Source: Phoronis australis (lineage: Eukaryota; Animalia; Phoronida). Taken from it: a stretch of 64,000 bases of DNA. The notes below the pieces were generated by a model that was not told the DNA's origin, searched no databases, and saw only the letters and a list, made by a program, of their open reading frames with translations. Positions 51,701 to 64,000 of the stretch are shown here, one piece after another. Within the stretch, counting starts at the first letter, position 1; every line of letters starts with the position of its first letter. The position numbers and the translations under genes were made by a program. The DNA is taken from assembly GCA_002633005.1 (NCBI GenBank), contig NMRA01000301.1, forward strand, positions 62,001 through 126,000, in the 5' to 3' direction.

Positions 51701-52377
51701 ATGAAAACTGCAAAGTTGTCTGCCAAAGAGACATCTAAAATCATGATTTAAGTCAACTGACAAGTCGCAAAATTACGCGACGGTCATGCTCTAACTTCGG
51801 CCTGCCTCAGTGCTGTCATGTTTTCTTTAAAACCTGTTTTCAAGAGAAATGCCAGCCCATGCAGCGACATTTTCCCTCATTATCGAGAGTCATGCGATTA
51901 GCTGTTATCCCCGAACTTTGCACATGCGTATATAAAATACCCCGAGGGATTCTGGATGGAAGACTGCATCTGTGACAACTCGCGGGCCGGCGTGGCTAAT
52001 CGTCCCCTTCTCTAACCTTTCAAAGTCCCGTCACAAAATGAGCTTTTCCTGTCAATAACTATGAGTAAAGAACATTTTTATCTACTGTATCTATCTATTT
52101 GTAACAGATATTCAGGGCAAAATCTTTTAGTTACGAAGTCGAACGCCAGAAATATCGACAGAATACGCGTAATTCTCTCATATGACGGCTGTTAGCAAAC
52201 CGAATTCCCCGTTTTGACGGCAGAACTGGAGAGAAATTCGTCATCAGAGTAGCTGGAAAGACCTGTGCTGTATCTACAGTAGCTTCATTCTGGCTTCCAG
52301 CAAGCTGAAAATACAGTCGAGAACTTGACTGCGCTGATTTTCTTTCCTGGAAGGTCACGTGAAATTATTAGGCTGAT

Positions 52378-52513
52378 AAGAAGGCTGTAACGTATACATC
52401 AAACACCGTTTAAGAAGGCTGTAATGAATACATCAAACACCGTTAAAGAAGACTGTAACGAATACATCAAACACCGTTAAAGAAGGCTGTAACGAATACA
52501 TCAAACACCGTCT
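52378..52513. repeat. 34-bp tandem repeat x4 (aagaaggctgtaacgaatacatcaaacaccgtta)
   Basis: Four near-identical head-to-tail units with no spacers. Confidence 0.95.
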
Positions 52514-54459
52514 ATTAGCAATTTTGTTAATTTTCCGCATATGGTGACATATTCCAAATCAGCCCTTGCAGGAAGAGCCATCGTTCCTAGCATTGACTGA
52601 TCATGAACAAGAATAGATCAGAGTGCCTTAGTTAGTGGTTAAACTAGTCTACCATCTACATGTATGAAGAGTCTTGGATGCGGCGGACCTCTGGCATATC
52701 TTTCTTAATCACCTTTTACGTTTTTGATCAATACATGAACTTATAAGCCGAAGTGTTCCTTTATGGAAATTAATGCCGCGGGTAACATACAACTTTTTAC
52801 TGTAAGCAGAGCATACGTGTATGTTACTGACTGCAGTGTATTCAAAGATAAGGTTGTTTGAAACAGGATACTGCTCAAGAGCTGCATGTAATCACTTACA
52901 GAGGGTGGATCGGTTGAGCTACATTTGTAACCCATCTTGAGTACGACAACGCGACATGTGGGTGTTTTTATTCTCTATATTCACTGAACTATTTTTTGTC
53001 TAGAGAATGAAAATAATTGCGATGACGCTGGTATGTGAAACTGTATCATAGATAAACGATATACAGATTGTCTATGTTTAAAAAACTGTTTTGTAACTCC
53101 TCAGGTATTATGAGAGCAAATGTTACTTAACTCCGCTACTGGCCAATGATTGATGCAGCGTTGCCCTACGTGTTAGGTAAATCGGACAGGGCTTGTGTGA
53201 ACAATTTACAAGAATGTGCGCGCTAAGGGGATAGCGCAACGTTCTTGTAGTCGGAATATTTCCACAACGTGGACAAAGTCGAAGAATACGCACCCAATCG
53301 CTTACGTTCAAGAGAAAGTATTTTGACTGATCCGCTGTCGAAGAACGTTCTGTTACAGTCACTGACAGCTTATTCATTGTGGACTTTTTTGACGTAGGAG
53401 ATCACGTGACAGTCCCCGTCCTTTTAATTTTTTCAAAGGAATTGTACTTTAAGTTAAATAATGTACAAAATGCAGTTGAAAATTTATTTAATAATAAACT
53501 GTGGAATATTGATGAAGTTGCACTTGGAAATTTGAAGATCTTGTAGTGATGAAGAATCGCATACCTTATCTAAAGGAGATACACAGTGTATCTGCACAAA
53601 AAATTTAGAATCTAAGAACAGAAGTAAAAATTATGATTCAGGTGTGCTGATTTCCGGGAACATTGATTTGGCATCAATTATTTTAACTGCTAAACAATAC
53701 AGAAATAACATTCCTCACCCAAATCCTCCCCAGTGGAATTTGAATCATGCTCCAAGTTGAATTATTAAAGCTCCGAAAAAGGCGGTTCGTCACTGAAACC
53801 ACGACAGTCACGCCAGGAGATTTCGTGACCATCCACAATCACGTGATCCCTTAAGGAGATGACGTAATAGGTACATGTACGCATTGTCTCGCGGACGACA
53901 GTCACGTGACAACTTGCGGCTGAATTGCTGTCATCTGTCCCACGTTTATCAACAGAAGCCAATGTACACTTGGACACACTAGACATGAATGAGGCTGATT
54001 ATTAAAGAGACTCAATGGATTGTCATTGTCACGTGGTCTCCTGCTATGAAATTTTCTCCTTGCAAGGAATTCTATGTCCTGGCGTGATAAATTTCGCTTT
54101 CTGGGGTGATTTCTTTTCGGTCCTGTGCTCCTGGCGTGTTAAATTTTGGCCCTGACGTGATAAGTTATAGGTTCTGGCGTCATAAATTTTAGTTTTAAGT
54201 ATATTTTTGGTCCTGTAGAAAATTTAATTCTTTAATAGAAAATGTGTGTCCAGCAATTTTTTTCGCTTTGGGTTCTCATACATGTATGATTAGACAATGT
54301 TACTTGTAACTCGGAGACTACCACAACCGCTTTGGACGTATGATCGTGATGTCTCAAATCAGGTTTGGTACCTTATTCAGTGCTCATCTGATACGATAAC
54401 GAATACATTCTATTATCAAAAAGTCTAAACAGTTCAGAGCGTCAATTCATGTGAGTGGG

Positions 54460-54561
54460 CAGGGGCGGATCTGGGATTTTGAGTTGGTACGGGCAGGGCA
54501 GAGTACTAACGAGGATTTTTCCCGTCAGACATCTGCCCCCCTCCCCCTAAATCCGGCACTG
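54460..54561. mobile_element. Small MITE caggggcggatctggg / cctaaatccggcactg
   Basis: Imperfect inverted ends, same family style as 19096-19241. Confidence 0.55.
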
Positions 54562-57500
54562 GTGGTTGACTTAAGTTGCAAATTATTACTTTTCAACCCA
54601 GTAATGTATCAGTCATGTTGCCATTTGTCATGAGTTCACCCTTTTGGTGGAAGTATGGTAAGCATTAGAGAGGCATTGTCGTCAAGACAGGTGAATTTGT
54701 AAGATCAGAATCGAATGCAATGCCTGCGTCTGCAACCTAACGCTCTGCTGGCGTAGCTGAGCCCGACGGAGTTCCCTCTTAAAATTATCGCCTTTAGCAC
54801 TCCACGGCGAAAGCTACAAAAGTTAAGCCACCCGAGAACTCTCAACTTGTCTGAAACCGGACTGAGGCGGAGATTTCAAAATCAACGCCGATAGCTCCAA
54901 TACTGAACATGACGACAGTCGTGCCCTCGGTCACACGGTCGCTGATTATAGCTACGCTATGTTTACAAACGAGAGAGAGGACTTGCTTGGTGTTATAAAG
55001 CAAAAAATGAAACACGGTTTTTAGTTGGCAAATCGCGCCAAATGCACACACTATCCAGCCTGCTCACGACATGCCTGACCACAAGCTATCCCATGAGCCT
55101 TCGCGCAGCAAGTAAATCGCACATGCGCAATGCGTAGTTCATTTGCGTTGCATATCCGCTATTGGCAATTTGTGATAAAAGCACAGCGAATTTTTCATTT
55201 CGTTGCTCTTAAGAAAGATAGTAATCATAAGAAATCTGTGTCATAGAACATGAATTCCAAAATGCGTTCTTCGCCTAATGATGTCATCAGTTTTGTCGTC
55301 TACTGTTCTTGATGCATGTTTAATTTTAGTTAAAGGAAAATTCTTCATCCTCGAGACGAACAGGATGATGAGAAAAATAAACCTGTGCCTCCCTTTCTGA
55401 TAATGAACACACATTGCCTTCATAAGCTTTAGTGAGAGAATAAGACCCTCTGATCACTTTCCTTTTAATGATTATTTTTCTTGATATTAACGCCTCCTTC
55501 AGAGCTTTTTAATTGAGTTAGGATTTGATGGATTTGGCAACACGCGTGTGTAGGTTGCATTTGTCGAACATTTCACAAATCATCGCATTATCTTGTCTAG
55601 GTTGTGTACGGATAATTGTTTTAGTTAATTAGGTTGCAAATTAGAATTACAGTGATGCGATTTAAGCATTTTACATTTTGACAATGACTCAAATTTAATA
55701 TGGCGATGTAATCAAAGAACTTGCTGTGGACAGGTTTGGTAATGAACGGTTAATTGTACACCACCAAGTGGTTAAACGCACTCGCACACAGGAGCTGTCT
55801 GAAAGGGATCACAACAATTTAACGGAGTATTTTGGAAACAAGCGAACCTACAAAGCACCCAATGATGTATACAAGGAAAAGACACCCGGTAATATTCTGA
55901 GGACGTGTATTTGATTATGATTTTCTATTTGTTCAGCTTAGTAATATTCCTAATTTCAATCGTGATATCAAACACAAGGTTTCAGCTACGTTATGCTATC
56001 TACTTCTGTAGCAGAAACTCACGAACGTTACGTCCAATTATATTGCTTTAAACCACTTTTAACTTTGTTTTGACAAGTGACTACATTCTCCGCATCATTA
56101 ACCCTTCCTTTATAGCACTCTATATCACAACGGTGAGTTCAATATCCCAAAAGATGAGAAAAGATAAGAAAAGTTCCACGGGCACCCAACACCAAAACGC
56201 CAGTTACTTCTATCACATCCCCGCTTCTCAGGTGTCCGCCGCAAAGCATAAGAGCGACAGAATGGTCAAATATTGAGTTGTCACAACCACCACTAACGCA
56301 ATGCCTCACCATTAGTTATTAAAATATAAACCACAGCTAAACGAGCGGCAATATCTTACGACTTTTTACACTGAACGCAGTGTAGGATAAAACGTGCTGA
56401 TCCACGTTCAAATTCTCCCAGTTGGTATTTGAAACATGGCCTAAGAGGGAATGCTAAAATTCCGAAAAAGGGTTGTCAGTTTTCCATTATTCACATCGAT
56501 TTGTTAGGATGGAATGAAAAATCGGGGATGCAATGCATTAATTTTGATATCAAGCCGTGGAAGTAGAATTCATGAACCGTCCAGTCCCCAGTAGAGAAGA
56601 CATACATGTACGTTGTTTTTGTAGACCGTAAAGGAGATGTCGAACTTTCCCTTGGATGGGCGTCCTCTTGAGCAGATGCGTTCTTCATAAATACGTTTTA
56701 TGAGCTGTAATTACTTTCTGTTGTGCAGCTGTCACCCACGTCGTGCGACGTAAAGCCTGTACGACGTGACAGCGACTGGAAAGCAGGGGAGTCGTAAGAC
56801 AGTCACGAGAATGTTGTTTTATATGCATTTCATACAACAGTCGCGCTTGGTCGTACACCTGTCATGTGAGAGCCTCAAATAGGTACCATTAGTGAAAGAT
56901 ATGATCACATTACATTTATTTGACGACAGTTGTGCGACCGCTTCACGATCTCAGAATACTTCAGTTGGGCTGCTATAAACACGTTGTGCTACACTTAGGT
57001 CTCCAATGTGACGTCATATTTAGGAGACTTCAATGCAAACATTGTAAATCCCGCCTTCCCTTTCAGGAACACGCTCTATATTTCCAGGCCCAGAAACTTA
57101 GACCAAGTTACAGTGCCAATCCATTTAACACATTCATGGATGTGTTTTAGGATAGAAGTACGACTATTTTTCTCACGATTGCCACACAAAAATTAAGCAT
57201 CGGTACACAACGTCGTGTTTTCTTGCGACATTGTAAGGATTTTCCTTCCAAAACACCGTCAGTCAATCCCATTGTCGTGAAAGCTCTACAGGTTTTAAGA
57301 ATGGAAATTACCCCATCAGTGCGAGTCTATATTCCCGCATTTTTCATCTAAATTACATTCCCGGACAAGGAGACGTTAAACCGTGGTACAGGTTCGTCAC
57401 CCCCTAACCCCCTCCGCAACAGCTTCACACTAATATATACCTACATGAAGTCCGGTCAGTCAATTCAAGGTATTGTGATGTAGTAATGTAAAGCGGGAAA

Positions 57501-59248
57501 GCAACCCTCACTAAGTGTTTTTTCGAAATCGAGAATTTCAACGATGTTACTTGCCTCTACACGGAATCCTACTTTTATCCTACTTTTACCTGCACTAAGA
57601 TTTCTGTTGGCTATTCATAAGCTCCGACGTGACTCCATCAGCTTTCCGTGTCTCACCGTTATACATATACAGTCACGATATTAGTAGCTAAACACGGGCA
57701 ATACATATAGCTGTGCCATTAGATAAACACGGACAATAGCTGTGCCATTTTCACGTCTGAATCATAAGGACATCTTACCAAACAACTAGATTGTCCCGAG
57801 TGAGCGCTTGCCGATCGCCTCCACAAATAACATTCAAAGTAGTCCAAAATTTAATTTTAATATTTTTGGACATTACAAAAAATCAATAAATAATTAACTA
57901 AAACGATGCATTTTAAATTGTGTAGAACAAAAACTTTTTCAAATCTATCCCTGAAAGGTTCGCCCGTTCTTGAATAGGTTACGTCAAATAGATCCGTTAG
58001 TGACATTGCGTCAAATTATTTGAGCAATTAAGCTGCCAACAATTTCTGAAACACACTATGTTGAGGGTTACAAGAGCAATCACCCAGTACATTATCCTGT
58101 AATCAAATAACTGCATAAGAACTTTGACGTTTTAATATCACTTTGATTGATAACACATTTCCGACAAATTCTGCACTCCATATTTCCGGTCTTGTACTCA
58201 CTTGTGTAATCTTGTGTGTTGTTCCCGTATTAATATTTTGACTGGCGTTTGAAAACATATTACGAAGTTGTTTGTGCGTAATTAACAACTCCGCAAAGTT
58301 ATTACGTTTAAATGATCGTGCCCTCTATAAACGTGTTCAGTCATATTAAGGGCAAAACACGTTTGTTAGACGGCTTAACATGTACAGCTAAGATATTTTT
58401 CAGTTCATAAGCCGTTCTAAACTACACACCATGTGCGCAACGAGAGGGTAAACTGGACAAAAGCCCACCTCAGAGAAACAAAAACTCCGAAAAAAGTAGA
58501 AAACGAGACAAAAGTCCACTAAAAAGGCAGGAACTACTAATATTTGCCAATTGCACATAGCTCTGAACGTGCTCCGTGCTAGGTGCGCGCAATAAAACAA
58601 CCTTTTTAATCCCGCCTGCAGGTTCCCAATAACACTACTAATGCAGCCAACGCGTGGGTGCGCCTAATATTCACTGAATTAGCAGGGATGGTTAAACGAC
58701 ATTTACAAATTGTGAGAAAACCATTTTAACGTTAGAAAATTGTTGTTTAACTTACGAATGCTCTAAAAAATATCTGTGTATATTTCGAAAACGAGTACAT
58801 ATTTAGTTACGTTTACCTGGTGTTAAGACACCTCACTTATAACGACAAAATGAAAAAGGAATATCTTACCACTCTTTCGAGCATATTTAACTTCTGAAAT
58901 CTGCAGGGAATTTCCAATAATGCGCTGAAGTTTACGAACAATTTCAACATTTATAGCCACCGGACGAGTTCATTTTTGTTTGTTTCAATGCATAGGAATG
59001 GCGCTGAGTGAGATTTTCCACCCACAAGTACACGTCATAAAATGGATTAATGTGTTCCGGTCCTAGTTCTTTGAAAAAGACACGAATATATAATGCAAGG
59101 CACCATTGCTTGTAATGCTTTAGACGCTGACAATGTGAGTTATGCTTCACCACTGCCAATCCGCGATCGAGAGCGACCGGAAGGCGATCGAGAACCAGAC
59201 CTTGCCCCAAAAATGGCATACGACAGCGACGTACCCGGTGAGTTTAAC

Positions 59249-61265
59249 CAAGGAGCGTACGAGTATAGGAGAGTTCACTCCGCCATTTCACCATTCGCCG
59301 CAATGGTTACCGGTCGAAACACTAGCGCTCCAAGCGGTGAATAATCAGTACTTACTTAGGAGCGCAGTCCGAACAATGTAACCACTGATGAATTCATACT
59401 TTAATGGCGTTCAACGTGCAATAAAATTACTGTGTGATTGAAAATGGTTAGAATACGTAAACTAACATCCACTTATAATCGAATGAGAATGAAAATGTGT
59501 ATTTTAATCAATATTATTGTGTATTTGTTTTTATACTTTTGAAGCTCCCTTCAAAGTCTATCACGGTTTTGTTTCATGTTTGAGTTCTTAACAAGGCAAA
59601 TTATCTTTCCTTATAACAGTTCATACCTCCATGGACAATAAAATTTGAATGATTGCTCCTGGGGGTTCAGAGGGTAATTTCCCACAGGTGACAGCTAAAT
59701 GATGGGGGTACAAGGCAAAAACCATGTATGCGCCAAATGGGCCGTTGACCATCTCCCAGGGGGGTTACATGGGAGGAGTGCTAAACAGGTAAAAACCAAT
59801 GGGGGTATGCCACATGGGTGTTGAGTCATTCCCATTGTCATAAATTTTGGTTGCTCCCCTGACCATTGACAAACATGTTGCTCCCAGCTCACTGCTGGTT
59901 TCACCTCCACCCAATTTCGCATGTGTTCCTTATTCAATGCACCAGGATACTAACAATGTGAATAATTGTTTGGTGTAGTGGGTGTTACACATGTAAGAAG
60001 AAGAAAGCAATTCATCACTACCACAAAATCGTAATATAATTTTAGAACATCCCATTATTTCTTAGACATTCCAGCATAGGGTAAACTCGATTGCACTCTC
60101 CCACGCGCGCACCCAGGGGGCTCGGGGGGCTTGAACGAGACAAAAAGTCCGACAAAATGGGACAAAAGTCCACTAAAGAAACGGAAACGCGCAATTCACA
60201 GTGGTGGTCCCCGTTTTTTTTTNNNNNNNNNNNNNNNNNNNNNNNNNNNNNNNNNNNNNNNNNNNNNNNNNNNNNNNNNNNNNNNNNNNNNNNNNNNNNN
60301 NNNNNNNNNNNNNNNNNNNNNNNNNNNNNNNNNNNNNNNNNNNNNNNNNNNNNNNNNNNNNNNNNNNNNNNNNNNNNNNNNNNNNNNNNNNNNNNNNNNN
60401 NNNNNNNNNNNNNNNNNNNNNNNNNNNNNNNNNNNNNNNNNNNNNNNNNNNNNNNNNNNNNNNNNNNNNNNNNNNNNNNNNNNNNNNNNNNNNNNNNNNN
60501 NNNNNNNNNNNNNNNNNNNNNNNNNNNNNNNNNNNNNNNNNNNNNNNNNNNNNNNNNNNNNNNNNNNNNNNNNNNNNNNNNNNNNNNNNNNNNNNNNNNN
60601 NNNNNNNNNNNNNNNNNNNNNNNNNNNNNNNNNNNNNNNNNNNNNNNNNNNNNNNNNNNNNNNNNNNNNNNNNNNNNNNNNNNNNNNNNNNNNNNNNNNN
60701 NNNNNNNNNNNNNNNNNNNNNNNNNNNNNNNNNNNNNNCTGTGATTGTGCCATGGCCGTGTCACCACGATTCATATTCACCCATGGCCATGGGAATGTTT
60801 TCCTAAAATTATCCCTGCGATCGTTAGAGTGACATTTTGATTTGGAATACATGGACTGCAAGTATCCAAAAAGCTGACGATCACATCGTACGTTAATCAT
60901 AGTCCTCTTCCGCCGGCTGCCCAGTAGGTCTAGCCTACACTGCAGACAACAGACAGTGCCGGGCACCGGGACTGCGATCGACTTGTCTAACAACCGTGAA
61001 CAGAACACACAAAATGAAAGACAATGTATCATATTATTGAATAACAGATAATCTTTACCTTTCTGGATCCTTAGGAAACCTACAAAATGACACGTGTGGG
61101 GTTTTCGTGGATGAATTCATGCAATTTATCGCACTGCAAAATGCGTCCGTCCCCATTGGTTTGGCGCTTCCTGGTTGACCGTAGCTTGTTCACCACTTGG
61201 CGGCGCTAGTAGTAGCGGTAACAGCGAACTCACAAGTGAACTCTCCTATACTACTACACTCCTTG
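59249..61265 (-). mobile_element. P-element-superfamily non-autonomous THAP element, copy B (same orientation as copy A; spans the gap)
   Basis: Colinear with 37887-38712 and ~39898-40418; perfect 7-bp TSD gtttaac (59242-59248, 61266-61272). THAP exon 1 MGTDAFCSAINCMNSSTK.PHVSFCRFPKDPER|gtaaag; an extra insertion starts at ~60102. Confidence 0.88.
60223..60738. other. Assembly gap (516 N)
   Basis: Run of n. Confidence 1.
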
Positions 61266-64000
61266 GTTTAACTGTCATTTCTTCTTAAATAGAGGCTACT
61301 TTAGCACCTATGCGACACACAGAAAAGCGTCAGACTGTAGCCTTTGTTGTGGATCTGAAATAATACTTTGTTTATTTTTTTAAGTAAAGACCTCAGAAAG
61401 CAATGGCTTTCGCTAAAACGCTTTGCGCCTTTGTAAAATACAAAATTACTACTTGTTATTAGCAATTTCAAGGTTCTTAAGTAGAGACTTGTGACGTTTA
61501 TAGTTAAATCGTCCCTAGTGACACCTTTGTTAGTTATGATTTGTGAAACAATTCGAGATATTTACCAATACACGCAGGTCCTTGTGTGAGACGGCGATCG
61601 GGAACGAAATCGCTGATTCTCTACGGCGATCGTGAACACAAAAAACGATCGTGGACGCACATTTTTTCTGTACGTTGGCCTGAATAGTCGTTCAAGTTAC
61701 GGTATTATGTTGATAATTTTAGAATAATATGGACCATGAACTAGTTGATATGTTGATTATTAATAATATTTCATTGTTTTTTTTTCAAGATTTCTTTTGT
61801 GAGATTTAGCCTAACAAACATAACTGAATGCGTTTGACTTTTTTCACTTGAACTGTAACCACACGACGAGTCCTTCAGAAAAGAGTGGTACAACTGCTGC
61901 ATGTCACAAAGGAGTGCATGTGTATGTTGTGCAGCTTCGTTCAGTAACAAAAGAAATCGACTTAGTATGATCACATGGCAATAAAACACAGTGACAATAC
62001 AGCAAGCAAGAACTTGACCAGCCCCGTGATTGACGCGTTGCATGATTTTTTATCGCTATAGAACACAACATGAAGCATCGTAGTCAGGAACCAAGTCGAT
62101 TTACAGAGTGTCCCATCTGTGATTAATGTTTCACGAAAAAATGAGCCTGACGTGATACATTGCGTTACAGCATGAGGACACTCCCTCTTGTGGTGAATGT
62201 GGCAAACAGTATACCAGTCCTCCTTCTATAGGCATAACAAGCAGAAACGTCATGAATGAGGTGAAGGTAGTTAAGTCACTATAGTTTATTCAGATTTACA
62301 AAGTTTATGGTTGGTAATTGTCTTATGTGGTAGTATTTTGACGTATTTTTTTGAACCTTTTTTCTTTAAGGTTGTTTCTATATTTGTTATTTGTGTTATT
62401 TCAACAGAATCTACAACAGAGCCAATGCATTTTTGTAGTGTTTAGGTAGCTATAAATGTTCATACTCAGCGTCATTGGGCAATAATTACCTACAATTTTT
62501 GACCACTTAGTATTTTATAAGAAAATGTATGTCTTTGATTATTGTAGAAATTGCTTTCATATAGTTGTTGATTTCCTGAGAGAGACGGTTTTACTATCAA
62601 TCAGTCCGAAATATATTGTCTATGATTCAGTGATGATTTAGTGTAATACATTCCAAAAGTAATTTGTCGGACGGAAAATGTTCAATCGATTTGTAATGCT
62701 GAGTTCCCTAAAGCAATATTTTGCATATTTCTGTGGGAAAATTTTGAGGTATGTGTGATAAAAGATTAATAATATAACAGACATGCTATAATATTGTTGT
62801 TGATTTCCTGTATAAATCACTACAGTGTGTAGTTGAAGTGACGTTAAAGACAACATGTTGACTACGTTTTGAAAAAATCACAGTATAGTACATGTATTAT
62901 AATTGTCTAAGTCTTTTCAATGTCACATGAGATCATGAACTGAAGATGCACGTGAATTTAGAACCAAGACTACAACACAGATAGAGTCAAACACAAGTCA
63001 ATTTGTTCATCTCTGTATCAATGTTATCAGTAAAACATCAAGTAAAATCCCACCCGTTTTATCAGCACATCAGTTTACACAACCTCTGGCAATTTTAAAC
63101 TCCAGACATTCATGAGTAAAAACCTTTGAATCATCGCGTGAAGGGTGTTCCGTGGCACTCCTCTCTCTCCCCATGCTCAAACTTATTATTATTCTTTGAC
63201 TTCACTGGCTATTTGTTTCTTTACTTTTGCTGTCACAATTTTGCAGGAAGATTCGACACTGACTTTCATCTGCTGCAACAACTTGTTTACTCCTGGCTAA
63301 CACGCGACATGGACCAACTGCTGAATGAGTCTTCAATTTAGAACCCCTTGTTCACAGTGGTTTTGTCTAAAATTAGATGTCTGTATTTCAAAATCCAGGT
63401 AGGGTGTACCTTCGGGCGTCCTGGGTAACATGTTCGTTGAAAATCGCCTCACAATAACAGTGAACTTGTTTCCTGAAATAAAAATAAATTCATTTGTGAA
63501 AAAATCTATAACTAAAATAGTATGCTTGATGTACATGTAGAGCTCATGGCGATTTACTGGTAATATGCTAAGCTATTGTTTAGTTTTGATACGAAAGTAA
63601 CCCCGTAATGACGCAAAATGTGATTAAGTAATTGCACCAAATTTATTTTGTAAACTTTTCACGTTTTATAAGTAAAAAGTTCATAATTATTTGACACACC
63701 ACGATGCATTTCCGATCGCATAAACAAAACACATTTTTGCGTTCCCGATCGCTTATCTTTGGGTTCTCGATCGCATCTTTCAACAGAAAAGTGTCGAAAA
63801 TTCAGAGATGCTGATAGAACTACAAAAACAAGTGTTGCGTGATATTTTCATACGTCATTTCTTCATAACTTAATGTTCAATTTATTAATATAGTACCAAA
63901 AGTAACCGCAATTTGCCAAAATGACGTACAAATCACCTTCGGCTCATGCGATGACTCGGTTAACGTATCTTTTCACTATTAATTGGAAGAGACACTTGCC

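Noticed and set aside
52378-52513. 34-bp repeats of CRISPR-like length
   Set aside because: Head-to-tail units with no unique spacers and no cas genes, in eukaryotic context.
60042-61032. Long ORFs of 200-278 aa in the ORF track
   Set aside because: Artefacts of translating through the N gap.

Overview
AT-rich, spliced, transposon-dense animal (invertebrate-like) genomic DNA from a draft assembly with a 516-nt N gap; there is no prokaryotic-type content. Two host genes are well supported. (1) A + strand gene of at least five phase-consistent exons (26987-31897) encodes three MAM domains, a His-rich loop insertion, a Thr-rich stalk and a GPI-signal-like C-terminus. (2) A - strand neuropeptide-precursor-like gene has a main exon (45877-45197) that the ORF track truncates. 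It encodes the end of a signal peptide, a six-cysteine domain (C-x9-C-x2-C-x10-CC-x8-C) and two paracopy peptides (SYGGVMSKVPWHR, GYGFSKLPWNR), an opioid-precursor-like architecture and the most interesting feature here. The rest is decayed mobile DNA: a HERO-type RLE retrotransposon flanked by ~155-bp direct repeats; two inverted Kolobok-like derivatives, one nested in a Harbinger-like MITE and one in an Academ-like element with long repeat-containing TIRs; a Penelope-like element; two P-superfamily THAP elements with perfect 7-bp TSDs that bracket the neuropeptide gene; small MITEs; a SINE head; and minisatellites. All calls were made by eye without database searches.
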